Virus record (IMG/VR): IMGVR_UViG_2548876860_000012
Coordinates: 1-33,463 of that record
DNA length: 33,463 bases
From: a virus
Lineage: Duplodnaviria; Heunggongvirae; Uroviricota; Caudoviricetes
Reading direction: 5' to 3' (one strand)
Part shown: positions 1 through 10,629 of the stretch, piece by piece
Numbering within the stretch: position 1 is the stretch's first letter
Layout: each line of letters begins with the position of its first letter
Made by a program: the position numbers and the translations under genes
The notes under the pieces: model-generated
Database searches by the model: none
Told to the model about the DNA's origin: nothing
Seen by the model: the letters and a program-made list of their open reading frames with translations, nothing else

Positions 1-243
1 AAACGGATTCTTGCGGCTTAACAGCAGCGCACGAAGCGCGGTAAGCAGCTGGTCGTGCCTCCCCTTCTCCAGGCTGGCACCGGATGCCTCCACCACGCCA
101 CAAAGCTCTTCCTGCAACATGTCAAAGTAGTCATCATCCAGATCGGTGGCAGGCGTGCCGGTCTGGGGGTTACCACGGGTAAAACCGTTCTTACCCGCGC
201 CGAACTTATCCTTCTGCGCGGTTTTCGTGTCTATACGATGCAT
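1..243 (-). CDS. Tail fiber protein, N-terminal part only (Mu gp49/S position)
   Basis: Minus-strand ATG at 243, 3 nt after the stop of the upstream gp48-like gene. Translation [51 protein letters not shown] resembles conserved tail-fiber N-termini. The ORF continues past position 1. Confidence 0.5.
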   Translation of the reverse strand, partial: MHRIDTKTAQKDKFGAGKNGFTRGNPQTGTPATDLDDDYFDMLQEELCGVVEASGASLEKGRHDQLLTALRALLLSRKNPF

Positions 244-246
244 GGA

Positions 247-831
247 TTACTCCGGATATTTAAAAATTACGTAGGTATGCGACGGGCAGAGTTTGTTAAG
301 CACACATTCGACAACGGTGTCCCCCCAGATACGCAGTGCGGAATCGCAGGGGTCGCCACATGTCATCCAGGTGGTGTTGGTGGCGGCTGGCATGTTGACC
401 TGCCAGTAATACCGCCATTCCGGCGCATTCACCGCGTCAGTACAGACCGATGAGCAGGTGAACGTGCTTTTGTCGTATCGCGTGATGGTGGCGGCTGGTC
501 TGCCCAGGGCAGCAAGCTGTGCAAGGTAAAAATCCTCATTGATGCCGCCCGCCAGGTTAACCTTCGCATCCAGTCGTTGCTGACGCTGGCGAAGGGTCTG
601 TGTCCCTGCGGGAATACATTCATCCGGCAGGCCGCACAGACGCTCCCAGCGGTTTATCAGTTCGGTGGTGGTGCGCGGATCCAGCTCCCGCATCAGGGCA
701 TCCGCACGCTGATGAACACGGGTTAATGACGGTGCCGCACCGGCAATCGCCGGATCGCTGGCTGACCACGCCGGACCGGGGGGCAACAGTGCCGACAACA
801 GATGGATGTAATCATCGTTTGTCACGTCCAT
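247..831 (-). CDS. Mu gp48-like tail protein (DUF2313/YmfQ-like)
   Basis: 194-aa ORF downstream of the baseplate J gene in Mu-like order; family assignment from recalled sequence features. Confidence 0.6.
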   Translation of the reverse strand: MDVTNDDYIHLLSALLPPGPAWSASDPAIAGAAPSLTRVHQRADALMRELDPRTTTELINRWERLCGLPDECIPAGTQTLRQRQQRLDAKVNLAGGINEDFYLAQLAALGRPAATITRYDKSTFTCSSVCTDAVNAPEWRYYWQVNMPAATNTTWMTCGDPCDSALRIWGDTVVECVLNKLCPSHTYVIFKYPE

Positions 832-1880
832 GAAATCGTCCCCAGTACCGCCAGTTCATTTTTTGCAATGGAGATATTGTCCGCCGGTGCAAGCAACTGA
901 TGGCTGTATTCCCCGTTCGCACCGGAAATCGCCTCACTGATACGCGACACCTTCAGTTCTCCCTGCGGATAACCATCACGCAGCAGGAACGAACGCAACT
1001 CGGCGGTGATGGCAGCCCGTATTTCCGGTGTGTCCGGCGTCACGCGGATATGAAAATCCACTTTATGCGCCACCGGCCTGAATACATACAAATCAGAGCC
1101 TGCCACCGGGGCCAGTGGCTCAATGTGTTGTCTTGCCGCCGTTTCCGTTGACTCTTCCGGAATGGGATTAATCAGGTCACTGCTGGCAATCATCACACCG
1201 ACAGTCCCCGTTCCCATCCAGTGGCGGTATGTCCATGCACGGGTAATGCCTGGCACTTCTTTAGCCCAGACAACATAGTCCCCGTCAGCCCCGCCCTGAG
1301 GCGTCCAGTAATACCGCTCAATGACGCGGGCGCGCCACGTTTCCAGCTCTTCAGTATCAAATCCACCTGTCAGAGTGTCTGCCACGCCGGAAGACGGCAG
1401 ACCATTCACCGGCGTGACCAGGATTAATGACGTACCGTCGTCAGCGTTACCGACCGCGCCTGCACTTGAGCAGGCGATCGGCACGCGCAGGGCACCACCG
1501 GAGCTGGTTGCATCGGCAGTTGCCGTGTACTGAACCAGGTCATCGCGCTGAATAACACTCCCGGCGGTCACCTTCAGGCCATCGCTGACACCTTCCCAGC
1601 GCATATACCCGCTGGCAGCCGTGGCCCCCTTGCGCGGACACCGTTTCATCGCAGCATGTCGCGCCAGCCAGGACTCATCGCACAGGTCAGGCAGCATGTT
1701 CATTGCCAGATAATCGATGTAACCGTAAACCGTATGCAGCGCCGCCGCATACACCTTTGCCCGCACGTCTTCATCCATGCGCCGGAGCGTGTCGCTGACG
1801 TCCAGCCTGGCGAATAAATCGTTACGGAGCATACTGATATTTTCTGCCAGCGTCGGGCGCTGAAATTCACTGTCCGCCAT
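822..1880 (-). CDS. Baseplate J-like protein (Mu gp47)
   Basis: 352-aa ORF in the baseplate cluster, overlapping its neighbours as in Mu-like tail operons. Confidence 0.7.
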   Translation of the reverse strand: MADSEFQRPTLAENISMLRNDLFARLDVSDTLRRMDEDVRAKVYAAALHTVYGYIDYLAMNMLPDLCDESWLARHAAMKRCPRKGATAASGYMRWEGVSDGLKVTAGSVIQRDDLVQYTATADATSSGGALRVPIACSSAGAVGNADDGTSLILVTPVNGLPSSGVADTLTGGFDTEELETWRARVIERYYWTPQGGADGDYVVWAKEVPGITRAWTYRHWMGTGTVGVMIASSDLINPIPEESTETAARQHIEPLAPVAGSDLYVFRPVAHKVDFHIRVTPDTPEIRAAITAELRSFLLRDGYPQGELKVSRISEAISGANGEYSHQLLAPADNISIAKNELAVLGTISWT

Positions 1881-2295
1881 GCGTTATCGCACTCCACAGA
1901 TCATCAAAAGAAATCATTACCGGTCCGTCACGACGCCAGAGAGTGATACTGTTACCCAGTTCATTAATCCCGGTGCGGCGGATATCCAGATCAATACGGG
2001 ACACCACACCGTCATCAATCATCCATTGCAGGCATTCGCGGATATACCCCCTTACCGTCTGCACCAGCTGATTGGTCAGTTTGCCGCGCTGAAGCAGCCA
2101 CAGCCGGGAGCCGTAACGGTCATTCTGTACCGCAGGCCAGGTATCCCCCCACCATCCCATCGGGACGTCGGCATTGTCATCAGGCTCCGCCCGCCGCCAG
2201 GTGAACAGGGAAATCACCACGGCGCGGGTCAGCGGATCCAGCGGTGCGCTGGCGCAGGTGCGTTTACCGTTCACCGTCAGCCACAGTTCCATCAT
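1867..2295 (-). CDS. Baseplate wedge protein (Mu gp46, GPW/gp25-like)
   Basis: 142-aa ORF between the gp45-like and gp47-like genes; size and position fit. Confidence 0.6.
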   Translation of the reverse strand: MMELWLTVNGKRTCASAPLDPLTRAVVISLFTWRRAEPDDNADVPMGWWGDTWPAVQNDRYGSRLWLLQRGKLTNQLVQTVRGYIRECLQWMIDDGVVSRIDLDIRRTGINELGNSITLWRRDGPVMISFDDLWSAITHGGQ

Positions 2296-2840
2296 GCCTC
2301 CATCGCTTTATCCGGTTTGTCGGTGTTACTGCCCTGACCGTTCTCTCTGTGACGATGGCCGTTATAGGCAAGCCGCATCGCTGACATGGTGGTGCCGCCG
2401 GAGTCGCACAGGTCTTTCACCTGTCCGGTCACTTCCAGGTCCATTTCAAAACGTGCTCTGGGCGCATTGCGAAACGTGATCGTTTTACCTGCACCGTCCA
2501 CCACGATCCCCTCCCGGGTCAGCGTCACAGACTGCCCCTGATCGTCATAGACAGCCACCTCCCCCGTCTGCAGCCCTTTCATGCGGTAGCGCCGGTCCGA
2601 CACCGTAACAACCACCGCATGAGAACGGTCGCCATCCGGAAACAACACCACCGCTTCCGCACCGCTGTTTGCCCTTGCGGTAAAACCGTAGGGTTCAAGA
2701 TGTTCAACCCCGGCTTTGGGTTCACCGGCAATCAGGGACACATCCACGGTCTGACATTTCGTGGCGGCACTGATGCTTTTCACCACTGCCCGCCCAATCA
2801 GGCCGAGAAGTTGTCGCTGCATGGCTTCAATCGTCCTCAT
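2292..2840 (-). CDS. Baseplate assembly/spike protein (Mu gp45-like)
   Basis: 182-aa ORF, start overlaps the upstream stop; Mu-like gene order. Confidence 0.6.
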   Translation of the reverse strand: MRTIEAMQRQLLGLIGRAVVKSISAATKCQTVDVSLIAGEPKAGVEHLEPYGFTARANSGAEAVVLFPDGDRSHAVVVTVSDRRYRMKGLQTGEVAVYDDQGQSVTLTREGIVVDGAGKTITFRNAPRARFEMDLEVTGQVKDLCDSGGTTMSAMRLAYNGHRHRENGQGSNTDKPDKAMEA

Positions 2841-3919
2841 CAGAACGGGTCCTCCTGTACTCTGGCTTTTTTCTTTTTCCGCGCGCCGGGGTCTTCAGGT
2901 TCAGGCAGATAAGCATCAGGCGGGCCGACACGGATTTCCGTCAGGGTGCCGTTCTGGTCCTGAGTAAACGTGACTTCCGAAACAAGCAGTTCGGTATTGT
3001 CAAAACCACAGACCGGATCAAAGACAATCACCCGCTGGTTGGGTTGCCACAGCGTACCGTTACCCTGTCGCCAGCCCTGCACCACATAGGTGGTTTCATC
3101 CGTCCGCGCCGCCCGTTGCCGGGCTTCAAAGTCAGCACGCGCAATACAGCCTGCCCCCGTAGCCTGCCCTGTCTGCCTGATATACATCGGACGGTAACGG
3201 GCAATAAATGCGTCCTCTGTGCGGGCCCGCAGCGCGGTGGTGGTGGCCTCACCGAAATCATCGTCGTTTCCGGCACGCTGCCCCGCCACCTGGTAAACAG
3301 AAAACCGCTCCCGGATACTCTTCTCCGTATCGCAGGAAAGGATGTTTTCCCCAAGTACCAGCGCGGTATGTGCCCGCGTTGAGCCAATACCACCAATCAC
3401 CAGCCTGCCGTGCGGGTCGTCGTAAGCCAGCGCCTGCTGCTGACCGAGTATTTTGTTGATCACCTCAATCACCGTTTCACCGTGATCAGGCTGGACATCA
3501 GGAATAACACCCGACGGCGCACCGCTGTTCACCACCTCAATGCCGAAAGGCGCAGCAAGCGCCTGCGCAATCTGTACCAGCGATCGTCCGTTAAACTGTG
3601 TCGGTTCGGCTGCACAGTCAATCAGGTCAGCGGTCAGACTACGTCCGGCAATACCGGTGCTGACCGAACGGGCATCGTAACGAACGGGCGTCGCCTCCAC
3701 CCAGCCGGTGATCACCAGCTCATCACCAATCAGCACCTCCACTTTTGAACCGTTTTTAATGCGCGACTGAAGCGTGGTAATACCCTCATCTCCCGGCCAC
3801 TGGCGGGTGATCTCCACACTGAAATCCCGCGCCAGTCGTTCAACACCGGCACCGATGCGCACCGATGTCCAGCCATTCCACTCCCGGTCATTTACCCGTA
3901 GCGTGACATTGTCGTTCAT
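2840..3919 (-). CDS. Tail/baseplate hub protein (Mu gp44, P-like)
   Basis: 359-aa ORF following the DNA-circularization-like gene; Mu-like order. Confidence 0.6.
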   Translation of the reverse strand: MNDNVTLRVNDREWNGWTSVRIGAGVERLARDFSVEITRQWPGDEGITTLQSRIKNGSKVEVLIGDELVITGWVEATPVRYDARSVSTGIAGRSLTADLIDCAAEPTQFNGRSLVQIAQALAAPFGIEVVNSGAPSGVIPDVQPDHGETVIEVINKILGQQQALAYDDPHGRLVIGGIGSTRAHTALVLGENILSCDTEKSIRERFSVYQVAGQRAGNDDDFGEATTTALRARTEDAFIARYRPMYIRQTGQATGAGCIARADFEARQRAARTDETTYVVQGWRQGNGTLWQPNQRVIVFDPVCGFDNTELLVSEVTFTQDQNGTLTEIRVGPPDAYLPEPEDPGARKKKKARVQEDPF

Positions 3920-5286
3920 TGCACTGGCACCTTCAGAGGGATCACCGGCACAAAGCCGGGATGCGTAATGGCATTACGCCGAATAATGTCCGCGTCACGC
4001 GCCGCGTTATCAAACCAGGTCGCCGCCAGCACCAGCGCGGGTAAAACCTCATCCGGTGTGCGCTGAATGATCCGTGCAGACTGTTCAAGGCGCGTGTTGA
4101 TATCCGCATTCAGATCTGCTTTCACCCGGCGCAGCGCCAGAAACAGCGCATCACTGGTTGTTCGGGACAACTCCTTATCAATTGCCGTATTCAGTGTGTC
4201 GCGAATGTCAGTCAGTTCTTCCCACGTCGGCAGGTCAACCGTGCTTTTCACCGCCGGTGCATTGTTCAGTGCCGGATGCGTGACGGAAGGCCAGCCAGTG
4301 CTCTGCGCGGGTGTTGTTGCCTGCCCCACTGCGGCATTCTGCATCACCGCGGAAGTTGTTGGCGCAGGCAATCGGGTGACGGCATACGCCGCTTCGCTGA
4401 TTGCGGTCGTACGAAGGGTGCTGGCAACCACGTTACGCTGCTGCGTCGCCGTGGCGGTGGTTTTACTGTCCGTTTTCCAGACGCCGCGCGGTTGCAGATC
4501 GCTGCCGAGGCTGACACCGGAAAGCGTTTTGATCATGGTGACCAGGTCGCTGGCGTTACCATAAAGGCGTTTCCCGGTACGCCACATTTTCTGCACCTGC
4601 TCAACGAAATTTTTGCCTGACGATGGCGGCGGCAGAAGTACCGAGATATCCCCCTGCAACAGCCTGGCGGCATCCGATACGGCAGAATCCACCACTTTCA
4701 TCGCATCAGAAACATACCCAAGCATTGTGCTGGCATTACCGACGACGTCGTTCTGCACAAAATCTGCCACGCCATCGATACTGAAACCACTGAAGCTGTC
4801 ACTGATGCAGTCATCCAGTGCAGAACAGGATGACATCAGCGTCTGCGCCGTCGCCGCACCTGAAGTGGGGTAAGAGAGTTCTCCCGCTTCGACAAACTTC
4901 AGGTCAAAGCGGACAATACGCCCTTCACTCTTCGATGTGCTGACCCGAACTTCCCCGTCAACACAGACTTTCAGCTCACCGTAAGTCGGATGGACAAGCG
5001 TGCCGGGACCGGGTTTATTCAGCGCGTCAATCAGGCGATCGCGCTGGTCAAAGCAGTCATCTCCCACCACATAAGCTGTGATGGACGGGCGGAAAGTGAT
5101 TTTCCCCAGGTCTTCGGTATAGGGTTTGTCGCGGTTCGGGTATTCGTGCGTTTCCACACGACGACCGGTTCCCGCACTTTCTTCTTCAACCTTAAACGGC
5201 ACACCGCGAAATGACGCGTCCTGAAGTCTGTCTTTCCACGTCATATAAACTCCGTACATAAAAAATCCCACCGGAGTGGGACTCAT
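3916..5286 (-). CDS. Mu gp43-like DNA circularization protein N
   Basis: 456-aa ORF directly after the tape measure gene. True start may be the internal Met (MTWKDRLQDASFRGVPF...). Confidence 0.65.
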   Translation of the reverse strand: MSPTPVGFFMYGVYMTWKDRLQDASFRGVPFKVEEESAGTGRRVETHEYPNRDKPYTEDLGKITFRPSITAYVVGDDCFDQRDRLIDALNKPGPGTLVHPTYGELKVCVDGEVRVSTSKSEGRIVRFDLKFVEAGELSYPTSGAATAQTLMSSCSALDDCISDSFSGFSIDGVADFVQNDVVGNASTMLGYVSDAMKVVDSAVSDAARLLQGDISVLLPPPSSGKNFVEQVQKMWRTGKRLYGNASDLVTMIKTLSGVSLGSDLQPRGVWKTDSKTTATATQQRNVVASTLRTTAISEAAYAVTRLPAPTTSAVMQNAAVGQATTPAQSTGWPSVTHPALNNAPAVKSTVDLPTWEELTDIRDTLNTAIDKELSRTTSDALFLALRRVKADLNADINTRLEQSARIIQRTPDEVLPALVLAATWFDNAARDADIIRRNAITHPGFVPVIPLKVPVQ

Positions 5287-5304
5287 TAACAGATTAATTT
5301 TTCA

Positions 5305-7140
5305 TTACCTGCCAAAGCGCGTATAGCCAACATCATGGCTGACATCAAAACCGCTGGATCGCGTTTCCATAACCCGCATACCCGGAGGCGAATTCACAAA
5401 AGAGACCTTGATCTCACCATCAACTTTTGGCGCAGAAGCTTTGTTAATCATGAAGGGATTCGGGCCTGTGGCATCGGAGGCGTTGTTTGACTGAGCCGGA
5501 TCTACCGCCTGATAAGGTGTGTATCCCCGTGCCGGTATTCCCGTCCCATAAGCATCATAAGCACCCGCGCCCCACTGCGCAGAGTTAATGACATCGACCG
5601 TGTCACCGGAACTGTCGGTAAACCACTCAATAATTGGCTTCAGCTTGTCCCACATATCCTGAAACCACTTAACAACCGGTCCCCAGTTATTGATCACCAT
5701 CCCCAGCGGCGACCAGGCAAAAACCTTCTTCAGAAGTTCCCAGCCAGCCTCAAAATAAGGACCAATGGTTTCCCAGAGCTTCTTGAAATAAGGTCCGACA
5801 ACATCCCAGTTAGTGATAATTAATCCCGCAGCCAGGGCTATCGCCGTCGCAATCATTCCAATCGGCGTCATCGACATGATCCTGCTGACAATACTGATGG
5901 CACCGCCAACGCCCATCAATCCCAGTTTCAGAATCGCAAGACCGGCAGCAAGCCCGACGACGCCGCGAATAACCCGGGGATTTTCATCCGCAAACTTCGT
6001 GAATTTTTCCCCTAACTCTCCCAGCCATTGCGTGATATTTTTGGCGTCACCAGAAAATGCGCCGCCAATAGCCGCAAGGCCGTTAGTTGCGGTCCCCGTC
6101 ATTGCCTCCCACAGGTTGGACAGCGTACCAAGCTGGGCCTGAACACGTTTATTCAGGCTGGCCTGTTTATTCATCTTCTGCTGGATCTGATCGTAACCAT
6201 CCTTTCCTTTATCGATCAGAGCATTGACCACCTGAAGGGTTTCAGCATCATCACCAAATATTGCCTTAAGTACACCTGTTCGCTTAACGTCGGTCAGTTT
6301 TCGCAGCTTTGCCAGTTGCCTGAACATGTTATCAAGACCGCCAAAACTTCCTTTGCCGTCAGTAAAATCGAGCTGTACCCCGAGTTTCTGGCGGGCCATA
6401 ACTTTATTAACGTCCCTGATTTTCTTAACGCTTAATCCGGACTGGATAACTTTTCGCAGGGCATTACCTGCCGACTCCCCGTTCATCCCCATCTGATCCA
6501 TCATGACGCTGATGGGGGCAAGGCTCTGTGCAGCCTGAAGACCGTCCTTGTTCACCATCTTCAGAACAGAACTGGTTTTAGTGAAGAAGGACAACATGTT
6601 GGTATCGTCAACGCCCAGATAAAACGCCTTCTGGATAGTGTCGAACAGCCCCATCATGTCTTCTGACGCCGTTCCGGTAGCATCCTGCATCTTTGCAGCA
6701 AACTCAGCAGCCGCTTCCGGTGTTTTTTTCAGTTGTACCGCAAGATAAGCTGTCGCTTTACCCACACCACCCAGAATGTTTTCTGCCGGGATCCCCTGAC
6801 GCACCAGCATCTGCATCATGTTCTGGAAATCAGCCGTTGTACCGGGTAGCTGGTTACCCAGGCCAATAGCCAGTTTATTGATGTCCTGAAAGCTCTTTCC
6901 AACCTCGCCGTTCGCATCCATCATGGCGACTTTCAGCCCGGTGGCGGCGTTTTCCTGATCGGCATAAGATTTCAGGGAAAGCGTCAGACCCGCTGCCAGT
7001 CCGCCACCAAGCGCCAGCCCCCCCTGTGACGCTTCTTCCGCCTGGCGTTTAAATCCCCGGATTTTCTTTTGCATTTTCGACAGCGCGGGAGAAAGCCTGT
7101 CGACACCGGTGATCAACGCCTTAAGCTCAAATTCAGCCAT
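5305..7140 (-). CDS. Tail tape measure protein
   Basis: 611-aa ORF with Ala/Gly-rich and hydrophobic segments, immediately after the chaperone frameshift pair. Confidence 0.8.
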   Translation of the reverse strand: MAEFELKALITGVDRLSPALSKMQKKIRGFKRQAEEASQGGLALGGGLAAGLTLSLKSYADQENAATGLKVAMMDANGEVGKSFQDINKLAIGLGNQLPGTTADFQNMMQMLVRQGIPAENILGGVGKATAYLAVQLKKTPEAAAEFAAKMQDATGTASEDMMGLFDTIQKAFYLGVDDTNMLSFFTKTSSVLKMVNKDGLQAAQSLAPISVMMDQMGMNGESAGNALRKVIQSGLSVKKIRDVNKVMARQKLGVQLDFTDGKGSFGGLDNMFRQLAKLRKLTDVKRTGVLKAIFGDDAETLQVVNALIDKGKDGYDQIQQKMNKQASLNKRVQAQLGTLSNLWEAMTGTATNGLAAIGGAFSGDAKNITQWLGELGEKFTKFADENPRVIRGVVGLAAGLAILKLGLMGVGGAISIVSRIMSMTPIGMIATAIALAAGLIITNWDVVGPYFKKLWETIGPYFEAGWELLKKVFAWSPLGMVINNWGPVVKWFQDMWDKLKPIIEWFTDSSGDTVDVINSAQWGAGAYDAYGTGIPARGYTPYQAVDPAQSNNASDATGPNPFMINKASAPKVDGEIKVSFVNSPPGMRVMETRSSGFDVSHDVGYTRFGR

Positions 7141-7315
7141 GTGTGCGTTTCTCCTGCTCTATCCTGTTTGCCTGACTGACCAGTAAGGGAATTTCACTGA
7201 TCGGCATATTCAGCAATTCGAAAGGATTAATGCGCCAGTAGCTGGCGCAATCAAAGAAGCGATCAGTAAGGTATTCAGCCGTCAGGCCTGGAGGAAAAAA
7301 CCAGCCACAAGCCAC
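7133..7315 (-). CDS. Tail assembly chaperone, -1 frameshift extension
   Basis: ORF in the -1 frame overlapping the 3' end of the chaperone gene; the slippery heptamer T_TTT_TTC lies in the overlap (plus-strand 7294-7300). Confidence 0.7.
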   Translation of the reverse strand: MACGWFFPPGLTAEYLTDRFFDCASYWRINPFELLNMPISEIPLLVSQANRIEQEKRTHG

Positions 7316-7551
7316 GCCGCTGCATTCAGGTCTGCCGGAGACATCTGGTCGACAGAGCTTTGCGGCACTTTCGCCAGCCGCACAATGTATTTCGATACCA
7401 CATGCGCCAGAAGTCTGACGGACTCATCCTGATTCATCTGGTAGGGATACCCCAGCTCGCGGACATCTTTCCCGGTGGGCTCATCAAACTCCAGTACGGA
7501 GAGTGTCTCGCCATGAGCGGTAATCGGTTTCTTTAACTCAAGCTCTTTCAT
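7282..7551 (-). CDS. Tail assembly chaperone
   Basis: 89-aa ORF between tail tube and tape measure with a slippery site near its 3' end. Confidence 0.7.
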   Translation of the reverse strand: MKELELKKPITAHGETLSVLEFDEPTGKDVRELGYPYQMNQDESVRLLAHVVSKYIVRLAKVPQSSVDQMSPADLNAAAWLVAGFFLQA

Positions 7552-7907
7552 TACTGGTAATCCCCTTCTTCACCGTGGAACTCAAGATCGACCGTGCCTT
7601 CTTCGGCATTATGGTTCGCTTCGCCGTGCAGCCAGGCAGACGACAGTACATAGACCTGACCGTTTGCCAGCTCGGCAGTGATGGTCATCTCATCAGACGA
7701 GGTGATTTTGCTCACCGGAAAATTCTTCGGCACCTTGAAGGTCCCTTTGACATAAGGCGCACGGTGAGTTTCCTTGCGGTCCACTGAACCGTCCAGGCCG
7801 ATGATGTCATCATTTACCGTCCTGTTCATGGGCACCTCAATGCCGCCGGTCAGCGATAGCTGCTGACCGTCAATTTTGAAATAACAGGTTCCCCCGATAC
7901 GGGCCAT
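7551..7907 (-). CDS. Tail tube protein (Mu gpM-like)
   Basis: 118-aa ORF directly downstream of the sheath gene; its start overlaps the sheath stop. Confidence 0.7.
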   Translation of the reverse strand: MARIGGTCYFKIDGQQLSLTGGIEVPMNRTVNDDIIGLDGSVDRKETHRAPYVKGTFKVPKNFPVSKITSSDEMTITAELANGQVYVLSSAWLHGEANHNAEEGTVDLEFHGEEGDYQ

Positions 7908-9403
7908 TATGCAGACTCCTCTGAATACTGAAGACGGAACTGGTTAACCACGGCAAAGACACGCAACTGGTTAACATAGTCAGGCGGGAACAGCGTGTTC
8001 AGGCGGTTCGGATCGCTGGCATCACGCTCCACAACCAGGTACTGCTTAAACAGTTCGTAGTTTTCCACGATCCCCGCACGCTCAAGCTGACGGTAGGTTG
8101 CCAGCAGTTCCCCTTTGATCACCGCCGGGGTGACAATCGCCTGACCGGGACCAAAGCGGGTACCGTCGCTGGCAAGCTTGTGACGCCCGTACTTACTGGT
8201 AATGACGGATTTCAGTTTGCGCAGTACATACGCACTGGTATGCAGCGTCTCGCTGTCGAGGTAGCTGTTATCCGCAACCCCGTAAGCGTTTTTCCTGTAC
8301 GTGGTGACATCACGCTGAATGCGCAGTACCCCGCTTTCGACATACGCCGTTGCCACGCCATGAGACAGCAGGGTCTGTTGTTCGGTCATCGTGAACCGTT
8401 TCCCCTTCGGCGCAGGCAGCATACCCACCAGCTCACCGGTCTGCGTGGGACGTGCCGGATCGTTGCGGATAAACACCGCTGCGCGGGCGGTACGGCTTGC
8501 CGCCAGCTCGTCGGCAGGCGTCTGGGTCTCTTTTTCGTACCCCGCCAGGGTAATGTGCTGCTGGTTAAACTGGTCACCTGCGGTCACCAGTTCTGACAGC
8601 GTGCCGATCTTTGCCGTATACACATGACCATACAGCTGACGCGCATAGCTCCAGCGACCGCTGGTATCGTTCATCTCGGTCACCAGCGTGTTAACGGAGG
8701 CCGTGTCGTTGAACGGCAGGCCGATATAATCAAACGGCTCATCCGCCATTGCAGCCACCGCGCCGGTGAGAACAGGAGAGCCCGTTCCGGCGGTCCCCGT
8801 CGCCACGGCAATCTGTACGCCCGCAGGCAGCACGTCGCCCCCACCAAAGCCGTAGTAATTGAGGCTGACAGGAATTTCATTCCCGCAAAGCCCCTTATGA
8901 CGCGCGGTCAGTGTGACCACGCCAGCCGAAGATGAAGCTGTAAACGGCAGAGTCGGAACGGCATTGATGGCATCCTGGATACTGCTGGCAATCGTCGTGA
9001 CGTTATCGCCGTTGGTCACCGGAGCCTGCACGCGGGTACGTCCCACATAGACATTCACCGTGCCGCTTTCGGTTGCTTCCCCGGTCACCGTCAGCGTAAC
9101 CGTTGCCGCCGCGCCTGTGGCTTCCGGAACGGCAATCACATACAGCTCACCAAACGGGTCGGTCTGGCGATAAGCCTCGACCATACGCGCCAGCTGACTT
9201 CCCGCACCACAAATCTGGCGTGCATAGTCTGCCGATGGCATCAGCACCAGACTGTTGGCAACAATCTCTGCACCGTTATTGGCATGACCAATCAGCAGCG
9301 ATGCTCCGCTATCCTGTGCAGTATTCGCCGCCTGGTTATCCATTTCCGCATAAAACAGCGGAACCAGCGTATTCGACGGAATGGTGTTAAAGCTTATCGT
9401 CAT
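7907..9403 (-). CDS. Contractile tail sheath protein (Mu gpL-like)
   Basis: 498-aa ORF; size and position typical of myovirus sheath proteins. Confidence 0.8.
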   Translation of the reverse strand: MTISFNTIPSNTLVPLFYAEMDNQAANTAQDSGASLLIGHANNGAEIVANSLVLMPSADYARQICGAGSQLARMVEAYRQTDPFGELYVIAVPEATGAAATVTLTVTGEATESGTVNVYVGRTRVQAPVTNGDNVTTIASSIQDAINAVPTLPFTASSSAGVVTLTARHKGLCGNEIPVSLNYYGFGGGDVLPAGVQIAVATGTAGTGSPVLTGAVAAMADEPFDYIGLPFNDTASVNTLVTEMNDTSGRWSYARQLYGHVYTAKIGTLSELVTAGDQFNQQHITLAGYEKETQTPADELAASRTARAAVFIRNDPARPTQTGELVGMLPAPKGKRFTMTEQQTLLSHGVATAYVESGVLRIQRDVTTYRKNAYGVADNSYLDSETLHTSAYVLRKLKSVITSKYGRHKLASDGTRFGPGQAIVTPAVIKGELLATYRQLERAGIVENYELFKQYLVVERDASDPNRLNTLFPPDYVNQLRVFAVVNQFRLQYSEESA

Positions 9404-9557
9404 CGGTGTTCACCTTTTTATTCACGCGCCGGATATCACCCGCTGCTTCACGGCGCAGCCAGTAGTTGTTCTCGTCAACATTTCGCCCTTCGGCGGGCAA
9501 AAGGTCGCCGCGGGCAGGATCAGGAACTGACCGCCCTTTAACAGGTTTGACAAACAT
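9387..9557 (-). CDS. Small protein upstream of the sheath gene (56 aa, DUF2635-like)
   Basis: Not in the ORF track (under 60 aa). ATG at 9557 with a GAGG Shine-Dalgarno 7 nt upstream; overlaps the sheath start by 17 nt. Translation MFVKPVKGRSVPDPARGDLLPAEGRNVDENNYWLRREAAGDIRRVNKKVNTDDDKL. Confidence 0.45.
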   Translation of the reverse strand: MFVKPVKGRSVPDPARGDLLPAEGRNVDENNYWLRREAAGDIRRVNKKVNTDDDKL

Positions 9558-9565
9558 GAGGATCC

Positions 9566-10126
9566 TCAGGAAGGAAGGGTTATTTCGGTGTGATGTTCGA
9601 TATCGCCGTCAGGCCCGTTACCGGGATCGAGATAATCAACATCAATCGCCAGCGTTCGCAGTTCATCCAGACTGTTCAGGTCATCCTGCTGGCGGGTATC
9701 GTCTTCAGTCAGCTCGCTGATGATCGAAAAATCGAACTGATAAATCAGCTCATGACGATTCAGATCCAGCAGCGTGCCGCCGTCATAGTTAATCGGGTTA
9801 CCGCACTCTTCCGGGTTCCAGCCCAGCAGGGCCTTAAAGAGCATCTGCCGGACATCGTCCACCACATCATACGAAGCAAACTGACCGCGCTCATCACGCC
9901 CGTTACTCAGTATGACAACCACGGAGAAGCCCTCTTTCAGCTCCTGCCAGTAGTCGGTCTGGCTTTTGTTTTCTCCCGGAGAATCATCCCCCGGTACCAC
10001 ATACGCCGCCGGGAGTCTCAGCTTTCCGACCTCCGGCAGATTTTTGAACTGTGCCGCGCCTGCCACCCGGTTTTCAAAATACGGGCAGCGGGCACGCAGC
10101 GCAGCAATAACAGGCGTCAGTTTCAT
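9566..10126 (-). CDS. Phage structural protein (tail completion/neck-like)
   Basis: 186-aa acidic ORF between the head-completion genes and the sheath; function inferred from position only. Confidence 0.35.
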   Translation of the reverse strand: MKLTPVIAALRARCPYFENRVAGAAQFKNLPEVGKLRLPAAYVVPGDDSPGENKSQTDYWQELKEGFSVVVILSNGRDERGQFASYDVVDDVRQMLFKALLGWNPEECGNPINYDGGTLLDLNRHELIYQFDFSIISELTEDDTRQQDDLNSLDELRTLAIDVDYLDPGNGPDGDIEHHTEITLPS

Positions 10127-10629
10127 CTGTGTCGTCGCTCCGGCTTCAGTGATTTACGCAATTCCCGCGCCAGAAAATAGCGTGTCCAGCTGCGGTTCTT
10201 TTCAAGCGTTTCCACCATGAAGTTATTACGTGGAGCCAGTCGCCAGCCGCTGCCACCGGATGCACCACGATGATGGCTGCGACGACGCTTTGCCCCTCGC
10301 CTCACGCCATAGAACAAAAAAGCCGGATAAAAATCACCGGTGATACGGCGGTTTCCCTCTCCATTACGCTGGTTAGGGGCTATACGTGCCATAAAACCAG
10401 GGCGATGTTTACTGGCTCTGGGTACCATGTAACCAATCGAACGAGCCAGGCGTCCGGTCTGATAACCGGGGTTTTCACCCGGTGCCGACCGCGCACGGCG
10501 CATCACCAGCCGACGGGCATCACGCATATGACGCTGACCAATCGTGACAAACGCCCGCCGGACACGGGCGCGGTTAAAGCGCATCTCCGCGGGCTGCTGA
10601 AAATCAACGTGCAAAAAGGAAGTCGTCAT
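10123..10629 (-). CDS. HK97 gp10-like head-tail joining protein
   Basis: 168-aa basic ORF with 4-nt overlap to the downstream gene, in the head-completion cluster. Confidence 0.5.
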   Translation of the reverse strand: MTTSFLHVDFQQPAEMRFNRARVRRAFVTIGQRHMRDARRLVMRRARSAPGENPGYQTGRLARSIGYMVPRASKHRPGFMARIAPNQRNGEGNRRITGDFYPAFLFYGVRRGAKRRRSHHRGASGGSGWRLAPRNNFMVETLEKNRSWTRYFLARELRKSLKPERRHR

